Origin: a virus
Taxonomy: Duplodnaviria; Caudoviricetes
IMG/VR virus record: IMGVR_UViG_3300033076_001341
Coordinates: 63,940-127,939 of that record
Length of the DNA stretch: 64,000 bases
Reading direction: 5' to 3' (one strand)
Position numbers and translations under genes: made by a program. Below the pieces are notes generated by a model. That model saw nothing but the letters and a program-made list of their open reading frames with translations, did not search any database and was not told where the DNA came from. Positions 1 through 9,595 of the stretch are shown in pieces (the stretch's first letter is position 1; each line of letters starts with the position of its first letter).

Positions 1-1
1 T

Positions 2-460
2 TCTGCTGCTTGGGTTGCTATGAACAACCTGAATGATAACGTGGTTTATCGTGTATTTGGAAATGGAGTTTCGGGGTCTCAGATGGGAATCTCCCTTGTA
101 AGAAGTGCATCTTTGATGGCTAACTTAGGAGGATCGGGTGCATTCCTGATTGGAACGTACTCTGGAACTGATATGGTCTTCGGAACAGCCAACGTAGAGA
201 ACATGCGTATCTCCAACAATACAGGAAACGTTCTTATAGGAACTACTGTTGACAGTGGATTTATGCTTGATGTAAACGGTTCTGCCCGTGTGCAGGGAAA
301 TATCACCTGTGCTGCTTTGACAAACAATGGACCAGTATTGTCTTTGTCTGGGGTGTTAACTTCTGTAGTTGGATACACAGGCATGTTTACTGTACCTACA
401 AACCCTCCTGGACAGCAGACATTGGTCATCCAAGATGGTATTATTGTCAATGTAATGTAA
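2..460 (+). CDS. C-terminal part of a tail fibre/structural protein (runs off the left edge)
   Basis: Frame is open from base 2; G/T/N-rich beta repeats (ENMRISNNTGNVLIGTT, LDVNG) typical of Bacteroidota phage fibres. Confidence 0.6.
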   Translation, partial: SAAWVAMNNLNDNVVYRVFGNGVSGSQMGISLVRSASLMANLGGSGAFLIGTYSGTDMVFGTANVENMRISNNTGNVLIGTTVDSGFMLDVNGSARVQGNITCAALTNNGPVLSLSGVLTSVVGYTGMFTVPTNPPGQQTLVIQDGIIVNVM

Positions 461-500
461 CACACATATATTTTGATCTCACCTTTAAATTTTGTATTTT

Positions 501-815
501 ATGTCTAACACACTCATGAATTATGTACATATTGAACCCGTAACAGTACCTATCAAAGGCGAAGGTACTTTCATGGAAGTCCGGTCACTTGGATTTCCTT
601 TAAACCCCTCAAGTGTCAGCTGGTACTATGCCATCCGAAAAGCTCAGGTTATTGAGCATGAAGGTGTAAGTGTCTCTGTTCCTGGAGAAGTAGTTCTGGA
701 AGGTAACCTGCTGATGGACCGTTCTACCTACGACTTGTGGTCAACAGACGACAACTACGTTTTCGAATGGGCTGCGCAGGAGTTAAGTCTCACTATCATT
801 GACGATCCTGCATAA
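501..815 (+). CDS. hypothetical protein (tail-associated)
   Basis: ORF track; ATG at 501; follows the fibre gene. Confidence 0.6.
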   Translation: MSNTLMNYVHIEPVTVPIKGEGTFMEVRSLGFPLNPSSVSWYYAIRKAQVIEHEGVSVSVPGEVVLEGNLLMDRSTYDLWSTDDNYVFEWAAQELSLTIIDDPA

Positions 816-970
816 TGGCATCTGTAAAGAAAACGAAAAGCAGCGGTGCACCTGCTGGTAAATTTCAAGTTAAAGCTAAGATTCGTCGCCCAGGAGTACA
901 CTCCAAGAACAAGGCGAGTAAATCAAAGAACAGTAAAAATTATCTGAAACGCTCACGCGGACAAGGATAA
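815..970 (+). CDS. 51-aa highly basic protein MASVKKTKSSGAPAGKFQVKAKIRRPGVHSKNKASKSKNSKNYLKRSRGQG
   Basis: Absent from the ORF track; ATG overlaps the upstream TAA (TAATG), ends TAA 968-970; K/R-rich, ends RGQG. Confidence 0.7.
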   Translation: MASVKKTKSSGAPAGKFQVKAKIRRPGVHSKNKASKSKNSKNYLKRSRGQG

Positions 971-1013
971 TTAATTCATATTAACTATATTTGTAATATA
1001 ATAACCGACACCC

Positions 1014-1499
1014 ATGGCAACGTTAAACAAAATCACTCTTTCACTCAGCGAGATTCTTGAGCTGGAAGTGGAATTGAATGGTTCCAGAAACCAGAAGACT
1101 GGTGAAGTTCTCTTCACAGGTTTGCTCAATCAGAAGCTTCCCATTAAGACTAAGTATTGGCTGAGTCGACTTGGAGAAACAGTGCAGAGCGAGAAAAAGA
1201 CGATTGACAGCTTGCGCGATGAACTAGTAAAGAAGTACGGCAACGAAACAGAAGACAAATCCGGATGGACTATTCCTCTTCGTATTGAAGACAAGAATGC
1301 AAAATCTGCTGATGGTGCTCCTGTTCTTGTACCAAACCCTGCGTTTGTTGAGTTTAACAAAGAGTATGCTGACTTGTTGGATACTACCAAAGAAATCGAG
1401 CATGCGACCATTAGCTTTGACGAGCTTGCAAACATCGAAACCACTGACAACTACGCAGTTCTTTTCAAACTGTTGACTATTACTGAGACGGCGTCTTAA
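1014..1499 (+). CDS. hypothetical phage protein
   Basis: 161-aa ORF with TATATTTG upstream and a terminator downstream. Confidence 0.75.
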   Translation: MATLNKITLSLSEILELEVELNGSRNQKTGEVLFTGLLNQKLPIKTKYWLSRLGETVQSEKKTIDSLRDELVKKYGNETEDKSGWTIPLRIEDKNAKSADGAPVLVPNPAFVEFNKEYADLLDTTKEIEHATISFDELANIETTDNYAVLFKLLTITETAS

Positions 1500-1530
1500 C
1501 CTGGTTTATTTTAATTAGTTCTAGTCTAGT

Positions 1531-1560
1531 AATCCCCGCAGCAATGTGGGGATTTTTTTT
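1531..1560 (+). terminator. intrinsic terminator
   Basis: AATCCCCGCA-GCAA-TGTGGGGATT hairpin followed by a T run. Confidence 0.85.
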
Positions 1561-1710
1561 GTAGATAATTTGTAGTTATAAATTATTGATCTACATTTGG
1601 GAGTACCCCTCTCGTTTTTCGGTACTGCAACGTAAAGTAACGGTTACAAAATCAGGAAACCCCGCTTGTCTAGGCGGGGTTCTTTGTTTCCTGATATGTA
1701 CGTGTTGGTA

Positions 1711-2319
1711 TTATACCACTCGGTATAATCCGGAGTAGTCTATGTCCGGACGTACACTTGCCGGATCGTCCAACTCCTGCTGGATAAGTTCACACCAATG
1801 ACCCAGATCACTGATGTCTACCTTCGATGAATCCTGCTTGCGAATAAAGTACGCACTCGTTCTCATGTAGGTCAGATCGTCTTTGCGACTCTCTACATAA
1901 CGCCTGGTTGCTTCGAGGACTACGTCCCAGCTGTACTGGTAATTTTGGAAAAACCATTCAAAGCGGGGAAGCAGTTCCCGAACAGGGGAACGAAATGCTT
2001 TTCCGGAACCGTGACCGGTTGGAAAGATGGTGCGGTAGGTTTCAATCTGGGTAGACCAGTCTCCGTGTTGCGCTGCTTTTTTCTTCTTGGGCGCATCAAT
2101 GGTTCTGCACTCCTGGAGAATAGCAGTACCTGCCGGCGTCAAATTGAACGCATCGTCCAGGAAACCCTTGTCCTGCAAGCGCATCAGCTCAATCTTGGTA
2201 TTGGGGATGTAACTCCCGTAATCAAGATGTTGTTCAATGCTATCAAGCAAGAACAGCTGGTTGGGCGTCATCCGTTTGGACAGCAGTAGCGTGAATAAAT
2301 TTTTCATAATCCAATGCAA
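1711..2319 (-). CDS. hypothetical protein with possible N-terminal winged helix
   Basis: 202-aa ORF; LQDKGFLDDAFNLTPAG resembles a wHTH wing. Confidence 0.6.
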   Translation of the reverse strand: MHWIMKNLFTLLLSKRMTPNQLFLLDSIEQHLDYGSYIPNTKIELMRLQDKGFLDDAFNLTPAGTAILQECRTIDAPKKKKAAQHGDWSTQIETYRTIFPTGHGSGKAFRSPVRELLPRFEWFFQNYQYSWDVVLEATRRYVESRKDDLTYMRTSAYFIRKQDSSKVDISDLGHWCELIQQELDDPASVRPDIDYSGLYRVV

Positions 2320-2761
2320 ATTTTACGTTGTGGTACATGCGACGGAAATCACTATCGGTTTCCATCAGGTTCTCAGCACTCGTCAGACTATGAATGATCG
2401 TGCTGTGATCCTGATCCATAATCAACCCTATTGTGTTCAGGGTGAACTTCTTTTCCCGAAGGATCATAGAAGCAAGCTTGCGACCGTCGACCAGTTCGCG
2501 TTTGCGTGATTTGACAAACAGTGTGCGCTTGCCGGCAGCTTTCCAGATGTCGCGGAGCTTGTCAGTCAATGGTAGCTGGTCGCAGATCAACTGATCTAAT
2601 TGTTCTATAAAACGAGTGCTTCGGAAAAAACTGGGATCAACGGCTTCGCGGATCTCAATGTTGGTCTTAAAGAGTTCCTCATACATGGTGGTAAACCACT
2701 GAGTGAACCGTTGGGGCGTGCGAATAGAAGACGCCGGAATCGTTATTTCTTGTGTGTTCAT
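2243..2761 (-). CDS. protein with DnaA C-terminal (domain IV)-like HTH
   Basis: SRKRELVDGRKLASMILRE..FTLNTIGLIMDQDHSTIIHSL matches the DnaA domain IV signature (IG..F.RDHSTV.H). Confidence 0.75.
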   Translation of the reverse strand: MNTQEITIPASSIRTPQRFTQWFTTMYEELFKTNIEIREAVDPSFFRSTRFIEQLDQLICDQLPLTDKLRDIWKAAGKRTLFVKSRKRELVDGRKLASMILREKKFTLNTIGLIMDQDHSTIIHSLTSAENLMETDSDFRRMYHNVKFALDYEKFIHATAVQTDDAQPAVLA

Positions 2762-2837
2762 TAAATAATAGGGTAAGGTTAGTAACGGACCGGGTCTACA
2801 AAGATATCAAGTAATTTGTAGACTTTCGGCATTTCTT

Positions 2838-2848
2838 CGTATATTATA
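2838..2848 (+). promoter_or_regulatory. candidate late promoter element CGTATATTATA
   Basis: Identical 11-mer at 46179-46189; both copies precede + strand membrane-protein cassettes. Confidence 0.45.
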
Positions 2849-2910
2849 TATAGCAGCTGTGCTACGCTGCAAACTTCTCTTTTTGTCATTTATGTTACTG
2901 ATTTTCTGAC

Positions 2911-3240
2911 ATGTCTACCGCACCCAAGAACGACATCATTTCAACTGTAAAGGAGTGGGCTTCTCCTGCGTTGATCGCCATTGTAGGAACGCTGTTATAC
3001 AGCGATCTGAGTGAACTCAAAAGCGATGTAAAAACATTGCTCATTCAACAAAGCGTCGACAGGACCCGCATCGAAATGCTTGAACGTGATCTTCAGATCC
3101 TGGAGCAGAATCGTTCGGCAGTCGCATCAGACAGCTCACGCAGTGTTGCTTTTGGATTGAGTATATGTCCGGTCTGGATGCGCATAGGACCCTTCAAGAA
3201 AGAAGACGAGATCTCGCTAGAAGAGAAGAAACTGTCGTAG
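2911..3240 (+). CDS. membrane protein (TM + coiled coil), lysis cassette
   Basis: N-terminal TM (PALIAIVGTLLY) then heptad repeats. Confidence 0.65.
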   Translation: MSTAPKNDIISTVKEWASPALIAIVGTLLYSDLSELKSDVKTLLIQQSVDRTRIEMLERDLQILEQNRSAVASDSSRSVAFGLSICPVWMRIGPFKKEDEISLEEKKLS

Positions 3241-3267
3241 CAGACTCCACCCTGCAAACCAACACCA

Positions 3268-3555
3268 ATGCGAGGTTTAAAATCCCTGTACATGAAAACG
3301 AAATCCATTCTTTTAGAGATGCTGCGCGACGAACGCGGCAGTGTATCTGTAAAACCGGTGTTAGGTTTTTTATTAGGAATTACTATGGGTGTCACCCTGG
3401 TGATCAACACCATTCATCCCAAAGAATATCAACCCAGTGACGGACTGATCTGGGGTGTCGTGACGGTGGTCGTTGCCTGCATAGGTGCCGACACAGTAGA
3501 CAAGTTCTCCATCAAAGACCTGGTCTCAGGTTCCAAAAAGAAAACAGAAGATTAA
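3268..3555 (+). CDS. holin-like two-TM protein
   Basis: Two hydrophobic helices, charged C-tail, directly upstream of the putative endolysin. Confidence 0.6.
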   Translation: MRGLKSLYMKTKSILLEMLRDERGSVSVKPVLGFLLGITMGVTLVINTIHPKEYQPSDGLIWGVVTVVVACIGADTVDKFSIKDLVSGSKKKTED

Positions 3556-3566
3556 TCACATAACTC

Positions 3567-4154
3567 ATGTTCACAAGAGAAAAAATCGAAGCAGCTGTAA
3601 AAGCTAAAGGATACAAGTACTTTGAAAACGGCGAGTATAACGTCAACATCATTGGTATCCGAAATTCAGCAACTGGCAACAAAGTAACGAACGCATTCGA
3701 CGACTGGATGTCGATCTCCTACAAAGAGAACGGTGTCTGGAAGTTTTTCATCTGGTCTGCTACCACGGACCCTGGAAAAGACCCCATGCTGCGTGGAAAC
3801 AACGGACGCGGTACAGCGAGAGTTGTTCCCGGACAGTATCCAGGAAGTCACAACATTGATCTGCACCAGGGCAAGTACCGTGCACTCAAGCAGAAAGGTA
3901 AGCTCCGCCTTTACAGAGACGCTGACAAGGACATGGAGTACGACGTAGACAAAATCGTTGACAGCTTCGGTGACGGGATCAACATCCACCACGCCGGTGA
4001 AGACTCTGTTCTTATTGGTGAATGGTCGCATGGATGCCAGGTGTTCAAGCGGATCAAAGATTTCAACGCGTTCATGGTCATTGTCGAGAAGGCAGCAAAA
4101 CTGCAGGGTAATTCATTTACCTACACGCTTCTGGAGTCTAAAGACATCGTTTAA
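3567..4154 (+). CDS. putative endolysin, L,D-transpeptidase (YkuD)-like fold
   Basis: GINIHHAG...WSHGCQV matches the H..SxGC catalytic motif of YkuD-like enzymes; lysis-cassette context. Confidence 0.65.
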   Translation: MFTREKIEAAVKAKGYKYFENGEYNVNIIGIRNSATGNKVTNAFDDWMSISYKENGVWKFFIWSATTDPGKDPMLRGNNGRGTARVVPGQYPGSHNIDLHQGKYRALKQKGKLRLYRDADKDMEYDVDKIVDSFGDGINIHHAGEDSVLIGEWSHGCQVFKRIKDFNAFMVIVEKAAKLQGNSFTYTLLESKDIV

Positions 4155-4169
4155 TCAGCAGGCAAACCA

Positions 4170-4739
4170 ATGAAAACACTCGCTCGATTATGCATGCTGG
4201 TATTCATATTGATATCAGGATGCTCCCCGGTCAGACAGGTCCTCAAGAATCCACGCTACTTCCAGGAAGTAGCTGACAGTGTTGTTAAACGTGGATACTG
4301 TATCAACGATACTGTGCTGGTTCTGGACACTATTGTCGAAGAACATGTGGTGGATAAACCCAGCTACATCCATGACACTTTGCGTGTTGCTGGTCTTGCT
4401 TCCGTTTTACATTTTGATACGATGCTTTCCAACGGGACCAAAGTCACCATACACCAGGGTCAACTCAGTGTTGCCTGTCCGCAGGTCCAGCAAAAGACCG
4501 TCTATATTAAAAAAGAAGCGGTGGTTCGTGATCGCAGACTGGAGGACATACTTAACAAAGAAATCAAGTTCTGGTCAGCGCACAGTGATTCGTTGCAACA
4601 GGTTATTAAAAAGCGTGATCTGCAGATTGAAGAAGTGGAGTTAAGACTCACCATAGCAACGGCAAAGTTCTATACGTTGCTGGCACTCTTACTGGGTGTC
4701 ATCGGTGTAAATCTACTGCGCACGTTCAAGATTATATAA
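4170..4739 (+). CDS. putative unimolecular spanin
   Basis: N-terminal lipobox (ILISGC) plus C-terminal TM (FYTLLALLLGVIGVNLL), after the endolysin. Confidence 0.6.
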   Translation: MKTLARLCMLVFILISGCSPVRQVLKNPRYFQEVADSVVKRGYCINDTVLVLDTIVEEHVVDKPSYIHDTLRVAGLASVLHFDTMLSNGTKVTIHQGQLSVACPQVQQKTVYIKKEAVVRDRRLEDILNKEIKFWSAHSDSLQQVIKKRDLQIEEVELRLTIATAKFYTLLALLLGVIGVNLLRTFKII

Positions 4740-4760
4740 TATACTTACTACCTAAACATT

Positions 4761-4791
4761 AAACCCCGAAGTGTATGCTCCGGGGTTTTTT
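4761..4791. terminator. terminator between convergent genes
   Basis: AAACCCCG...CGGGGTTTTTT. Confidence 0.75.
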
Positions 4792-4793
4792 GT

Positions 4794-5045
4794 TTATAGT
4801 TCTGCGGGACTATCCACCAGTTCCAGGAAGGATACCTGTTCGGTCTCCGGTAAATAGTCAATCATCAAATTGATTGCTCCGTCAACCTTGAGGATCTGGT
4901 AGAACAATTCATCCAGCGCGGTGAGGTCTTTCTCCATCATGTCCTGTTGGATCTGATTGAGAAATGCATCCTGCAAGCGGGCAAGACGAACTGCTTTGTC
5001 GTTGGCATCGATGATGCGCTGGTCACTGTTAGCTAACTCGTTCAT
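4794..5045 (-). CDS. hypothetical protein
   Basis: 83-aa ORF at the end of the operon. Confidence 0.6.
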   Translation of the reverse strand: MNELANSDQRIIDANDKAVRLARLQDAFLNQIQQDMMEKDLTALDELFYQILKVDGAINLMIDYLPETEQVSFLELVDSPAEL

Positions 5046-5691
5046 GGTGTTGTAAATTAAAATGCTCCATCATCTGGACGATCTTCTCATAGAATTCCTG
5101 GATTGTTCCGTTGTTGTCAATGACGTAGTCAAATTCAAAGTCATCCAGGTCGTTCTCACTCGGGTGTACTTCTCCTGGAACAGGGATACTTGAGTTGTTG
5201 ATACGAACGACGATCCCACCATGGCGTTTCACAGCTGCCGCTTCATTCTTAAACCGGCAATCTGTAATCAACCAACGGGAGAGCGTCGTGTGGTAATCAG
5301 CAAACAAGGCGTTTACCCAAGCTTCCGGATGAATGCCGGTGCGGATCGCTTCAGTTCCCAGGCGTTGTAAAAACTCCCGGTACGTCATGAAGTTCCACTC
5401 CTTACCCATCTTGCGCTTCTTGAAGTCCTGGTCTTCCAGTTCTGAAATGCTTGCACCCGTCAGGATGCCGGCAATCTCTTTGAGTTTGTACGCAAACTTC
5501 TTGATCTGCCAGGCACCACTGGTTACATAACCCCGGAGGGAAACATCCAGCAGTTCGCTGGACATCTCCTTCAGAGTGTTGTTGGTTAATGCCAGCAGAA
5601 ACAATTCTGCGGCGGTGTCTTTTCCTGCACCCATCCTTCCGGAGAATGCAATCAGGTTTGGTTTAGAGTTCATAGTCATCGTTTTGTTCAC
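5029..5691 (-). CDS. deoxynucleoside monophosphate kinase
   Basis: P-loop SGRMGAGKDT, REFLQRLGTE, ITDCRFKNE, HPSE. Confidence 0.9.
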   Translation of the reverse strand: MNKTMTMNSKPNLIAFSGRMGAGKDTAAELFLLALTNNTLKEMSSELLDVSLRGYVTSGAWQIKKFAYKLKEIAGILTGASISELEDQDFKKRKMGKEWNFMTYREFLQRLGTEAIRTGIHPEAWVNALFADYHTTLSRWLITDCRFKNEAAAVKRHGGIVVRINNSSIPVPGEVHPSENDLDDFEFDYVIDNNGTIQEFYEKIVQMMEHFNLQHHERVS

Positions 5692-6508
5692 GTAAGGTGT
5701 CCCAAGTTGGTTCTTCTTCCACGCTCACCAGTTCTTCTTCTGGTTCGCTGGTAGTCTTCGTTGCACCAGTCATTGCTACTCCTGCTTTGAGGTAGAAGAG
5801 TTCATTGAAGATCTCATAGACTTTTAGGTGGTCGGTCAACCAGGTGTTAGGGTGAGAGTTCTTCAGTGCACTGGCAATGTGGTTATACCAGTTCCAGGCG
5901 TTCTCAAAGTCAGCATGCCAGCTTACCGCAGGGTTCTTCAAACTTTTGCGCAGCTGGGTCATCTGTACAGAATCCAGTACATCGTTCATGATGAGCTTAC
6001 CAAATGTGCGCTCCATGGCGACTGTACTCATGCGGTGGTCTTTGAGGATGTCCTTGATACGCACCAGTTCGTCCCAGTACACACCTGCCTGCTTGATGCT
6101 GTCCTTGATGTGGGTGTGAATGATGTTGAGAGCATCACCGGTATGCTTGCGCACCAAGGACTCATCCTCCTGCTGACTGATGATCAGGTTAGTCATCCCA
6201 TGTTTTACCAGTGCACCCAGCGAAAACTGGAAGCGGGTGGATTTATCATAGGAGTTGATGAAGGTTGCCGACAGGATGACGTCGGGGTCCAGCTTGTAGG
6301 TGATACCGAAGTTGATAGCAACCACCGCACCGTTCACGGTACTGCGGCACTCTTCGCTTTGGATGGTAAATCCAGCTTTGTAAAGCTCCTGACGCACCAG
6401 CGTCAGAACGTGGTGGTGCGCAACAGGAGTGTATGTTTTAGTCTGTTCGGGAACAGCGGCGGATAACATGGTGTTGTAGGCGTCAATGCCGTTTAAAGCT
6501 CTTTGCAT
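5663..6508 (-). CDS. DUF932-like protein
   Basis: YTPVAH, NSYDKS, RKHTG, NAWNWYN motifs. Confidence 0.65.
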   Translation of the reverse strand: MQRALNGIDAYNTMLSAAVPEQTKTYTPVAHHHVLTLVRQELYKAGFTIQSEECRSTVNGAVVAINFGITYKLDPDVILSATFINSYDKSTRFQFSLGALVKHGMTNLIISQQEDESLVRKHTGDALNIIHTHIKDSIKQAGVYWDELVRIKDILKDHRMSTVAMERTFGKLIMNDVLDSVQMTQLRKSLKNPAVSWHADFENAWNWYNHIASALKNSHPNTWLTDHLKVYEIFNELFYLKAGVAMTGATKTTSEPEEELVSVEEEPTWDTLREQNDDYEL

Positions 6509-6517
6509 GATTGTCGG

Positions 6518-8503
6518 TTAAAATAGTTGGAATTGTAATGGTTGTGCAGTCGTCTGAGACGATTCAATTTTCTGTATTTCCTGGTTGATTTTGTCCAGGT
6601 AATAGCTTTGGTCAATGTCAAAGTCCTCAAAGGGTTTACTCTTGGCACCGCGTGCATCGTTAAAGGCAGTAGTCATCCATTTACCGGATTCTATCTGCAT
6701 CTCCCGACCGTCCGGGTGCACCTTGTAGAGTTTCATACCTTTCTTGGAAATGTAATACCGCATCATTTTCTGAAGCGGTTCATCGTGGAAGACGCTCTCT
6801 TTGACGTAGCGTGCGTAAAGCTTCCATTCACCTTTGGTTTTCACCCCTCCGCAGTAGTCGAAGATGTTGGTGTTGCTCCGGAGATAATCTTCCGGTTTGA
6901 TACCGTCAATGAAATACGCGTAGATCGCTTTGGGGATAACCGCAAAGGATTTGTTTTTGTGTAAAGCGAGGTCCTGGAATTCAAAACGACCTTTACACTT
7001 TGTTTTACCACCGATGAATTGACCGATGTAATTGTTCACATCACCAATGATGAGTTGCTTGTACTCTTCAAACTCCAGCTGAAGCGTAGTCATGGTCTCC
7101 CACTCTTTGCAGATCTCGGTGAATACACTCTCGAACTCTACGGGAATCGAAAACTCCAGACCGTCGGTGTTCTGCATCAGCGGGATGGCATCCGGAATAC
7201 GCAGCATGACCTGTTCGTATAGCATTGCCAGCAGCAGCTGACCGTTCACTGTAATCCTAAACGTAAGTTCAGGATCGTACAGGAATGAGTGACGGTTCTT
7301 GCTCAGTCCGTAGGTAGCGTTCAGGATAATCTTGAACAGGTAGTTCAGCGCAGATCCTTTCGGATACTTCTTACGCTCTTCAAACATCCACTCGTACAGA
7401 TCGCAGAACATCTCGCGGTTCAGGTGTGCCGGTGACCACTTGTTACGGATCGCCAGGTTGGGATAGAAACTGGTAACGTCCGCACTTTTGATCATGCGTC
7501 CATTGCCTTTCTTGTAGATCCCGCTGTCGATGCAACCGTGCAGTCCACCCAGACCAAAGACAGTCTTAACGCCGCCATAGTGCATCGTGTACTTGGGACC
7601 TTTGCGTCCTTCGTCATCCAGGGCGTCTTCATCAAAGCTGATGGGTACGACCTGTGCTTTGAACCACTCATGCATCTGTTGGAACTCAGGCGTCTCAAAC
7701 TTTACATACGGCAGGATGATGTCGTTAATGCGCACTTCAGATCGAAGCGTACGCATCTCCCGCAGCTCGCGCTTGGGGATACCCGTGCGTTCACTTAAGA
7801 GGTGCATGAATACTTCCTTACTGATCCGTGGCTCGCTTGCACTGTGCAAACTCAGACCATACTGATCAGAGAGTTCTTTACGAAGCATGATCCCCTCTTT
7901 CATCGGGAACTTACCCTTGGCGTCCTTGAAGTGAAAGATTGCTTTGGTGGAGGATACGTCATTGCGGCAATAGTCGACCAGTTCAAAGAGTGTCTTGTCA
8001 TCAAGCACGGGTTTGTCGTGCGGATGAGGCATCTCCTCGACGTTCTCCCAGTCCATGGTATATTGTATCCACTTCAGGGAAGAACTCTTGGCAGCGTTGT
8101 CCCAGTGATTCAGACGGAAGATATCCAGGTTCTTCATCGTCAGCTTCCATTCCGGGAAGGGTGTACGCTCTCCGCTGCGTTGAGAAGAAATCACACGCTG
8201 TGCAAAGTCATGAATCTCTTTGGTGATTTTGTCAGCATCGGTTTCTTTGGCAAGCCGAGCGGCATTGCGCAGAATGTGCTCGGTAATCTGTCCGTCAAAA
8301 TTGATGTTGTTAAAACCGAAGTGCCAGGAGTCTGAAGCGACGTTCTGTTGCAGAAACCCGATCAGCTCCGGCATTTGGTTGATGTGCCGGTTGATAATGA
8401 AGGTACCCTTCTCCGCACTACCATAGTCCTCTACACATAAGATTGTGCAGTTGACGATGGTTTCATAGTCAATGACCCATTGACGTTTGTGTAATGGTTC
8501 CAT
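6518..8503 (-). CDS. polB: family B DNA polymerase (crAss-like)
   Basis: Exonuclease motifs DYET, FNNINFD, YCRND; polymerase motifs DVTSFYPN, KIILNATYG, NTDG. Confidence 0.95.
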   Translation of the reverse strand: MEPLHKRQWVIDYETIVNCTILCVEDYGSAEKGTFIINRHINQMPELIGFLQQNVASDSWHFGFNNINFDGQITEHILRNAARLAKETDADKITKEIHDFAQRVISSQRSGERTPFPEWKLTMKNLDIFRLNHWDNAAKSSSLKWIQYTMDWENVEEMPHPHDKPVLDDKTLFELVDYCRNDVSSTKAIFHFKDAKGKFPMKEGIMLRKELSDQYGLSLHSASEPRISKEVFMHLLSERTGIPKRELREMRTLRSEVRINDIILPYVKFETPEFQQMHEWFKAQVVPISFDEDALDDEGRKGPKYTMHYGGVKTVFGLGGLHGCIDSGIYKKGNGRMIKSADVTSFYPNLAIRNKWSPAHLNREMFCDLYEWMFEERKKYPKGSALNYLFKIILNATYGLSKNRHSFLYDPELTFRITVNGQLLLAMLYEQVMLRIPDAIPLMQNTDGLEFSIPVEFESVFTEICKEWETMTTLQLEFEEYKQLIIGDVNNYIGQFIGGKTKCKGRFEFQDLALHKNKSFAVIPKAIYAYFIDGIKPEDYLRSNTNIFDYCGGVKTKGEWKLYARYVKESVFHDEPLQKMMRYYISKKGMKLYKVHPDGREMQIESGKWMTTAFNDARGAKSKPFEDFDIDQSYYLDKINQEIQKIESSQTTAQPLQFQLF

Positions 8504-8574
8504 GTTAAGGGGATTAAAAAAGAAAAGGGGAACTTGCGATTCCCCCTCTCTCCTGGTTGGTTTTTGACAGGGGT

Positions 8575-8943
8575 TTAAGCTGTCAAAGCGTTCTTGAACT
8601 CAAAAGAGTCCGCATTAAATGCAAACCGCTCGATAAAAGCAGTTATCTCTACAGCATCCGTAATGAAATACTCATAGTAGGTCTCAAGAAGCTTACGCTC
8701 TTCAGCAAACTTGCGTCCGTTAGCACCTGGTTTTCTCAGCGGTGTAAGGTCACCGTTAGAGTCCAACTTGGGTAAGAATTGAAAGGTCTCTTTCTTTTCT
8801 TTAGATACAATTGCTAAAGCTTTCAGCTCGGTGTCGAAGATGACTTCGTTGTAAGGACAAGAAGTTTCTACGGGGATCAGTCGGAAACTGGGTTTTTCAT
8901 TCCAGCTTGATGTGATCAGCATCATTGATTTTTCAGAAGACAT
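8575..8943 (-). CDS. hypothetical protein
   Basis: 122-aa ORF in the replication operon. Confidence 0.7.
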   Translation of the reverse strand: MSSEKSMMLITSSWNEKPSFRLIPVETSCPYNEVIFDTELKALAIVSKEKKETFQFLPKLDSNGDLTPLRKPGANGRKFAEERKLLETYYEYFITDAVEITAFIERFAFNADSFEFKNALTA

Positions 8944-8950
8944 TTTTTGG

Positions 8951-9583
8951 TTATTCTAATTGGTTGTTCAAATCTACAAAATTTCCGGGAAAATTCTCTA
9001 AGTTGTCGTCTCTTTCGCCTGTAAATGTTTCTTTTTCAATACTTGGACTCTCGCAGAGTTCTACACCTTCTCGGAGTATTTGTTCTTCCACATCCAGGAT
9101 TTTAGCATACTGACTGTAGTATTTTTCCGGATACAGGAAAGACTCCATGTGTGCCCACTCAGGGGTGTGGTAACCGTAATAGGCACGGACCTTGTTCTTG
9201 AGTTTGTCACTGACCTTGGAGTACTGACCTTTCAGGACCCGTTCGACATCCTCTCGGTGAAAGCTTAGATCAAAGACAATCACGTCCACCATACGCTTGG
9301 CAGCAGTGCCGTCCAGCATCGTAAAATGTTCGGTGCTGGCAATGTGCTCGCTGAACATTTCGTGGGGATAGATTTCATCTTCGAGGAACTTCTTCCATTC
9401 AGGAGTGTCCAGGTATAAGTCAAAACTCACCATCAGCTTACAATCCTGGGGAACATAGAAGTTCTTCCAGGCGACGTAAGATTGACGGGGAGGGAACGGC
9501 ATGTTCCGTTTAAAGTTGAGCAGTGGGTACAGAAAGGATTTGGACTTTTGAAAGTAACGGGTGTACAAATGATTCAGGATCAT
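8951..9583 (-). CDS. hypothetical protein
   Basis: 210-aa ORF in the replication operon. Confidence 0.7.
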   Translation of the reverse strand: MILNHLYTRYFQKSKSFLYPLLNFKRNMPFPPRQSYVAWKNFYVPQDCKLMVSFDLYLDTPEWKKFLEDEIYPHEMFSEHIASTEHFTMLDGTAAKRMVDVIVFDLSFHREDVERVLKGQYSKVSDKLKNKVRAYYGYHTPEWAHMESFLYPEKYYSQYAKILDVEEQILREGVELCESPSIEKETFTGERDDNLENFPGNFVDLNNQLE

Positions 9584-9595
9584 AGTTGGTCAGGA

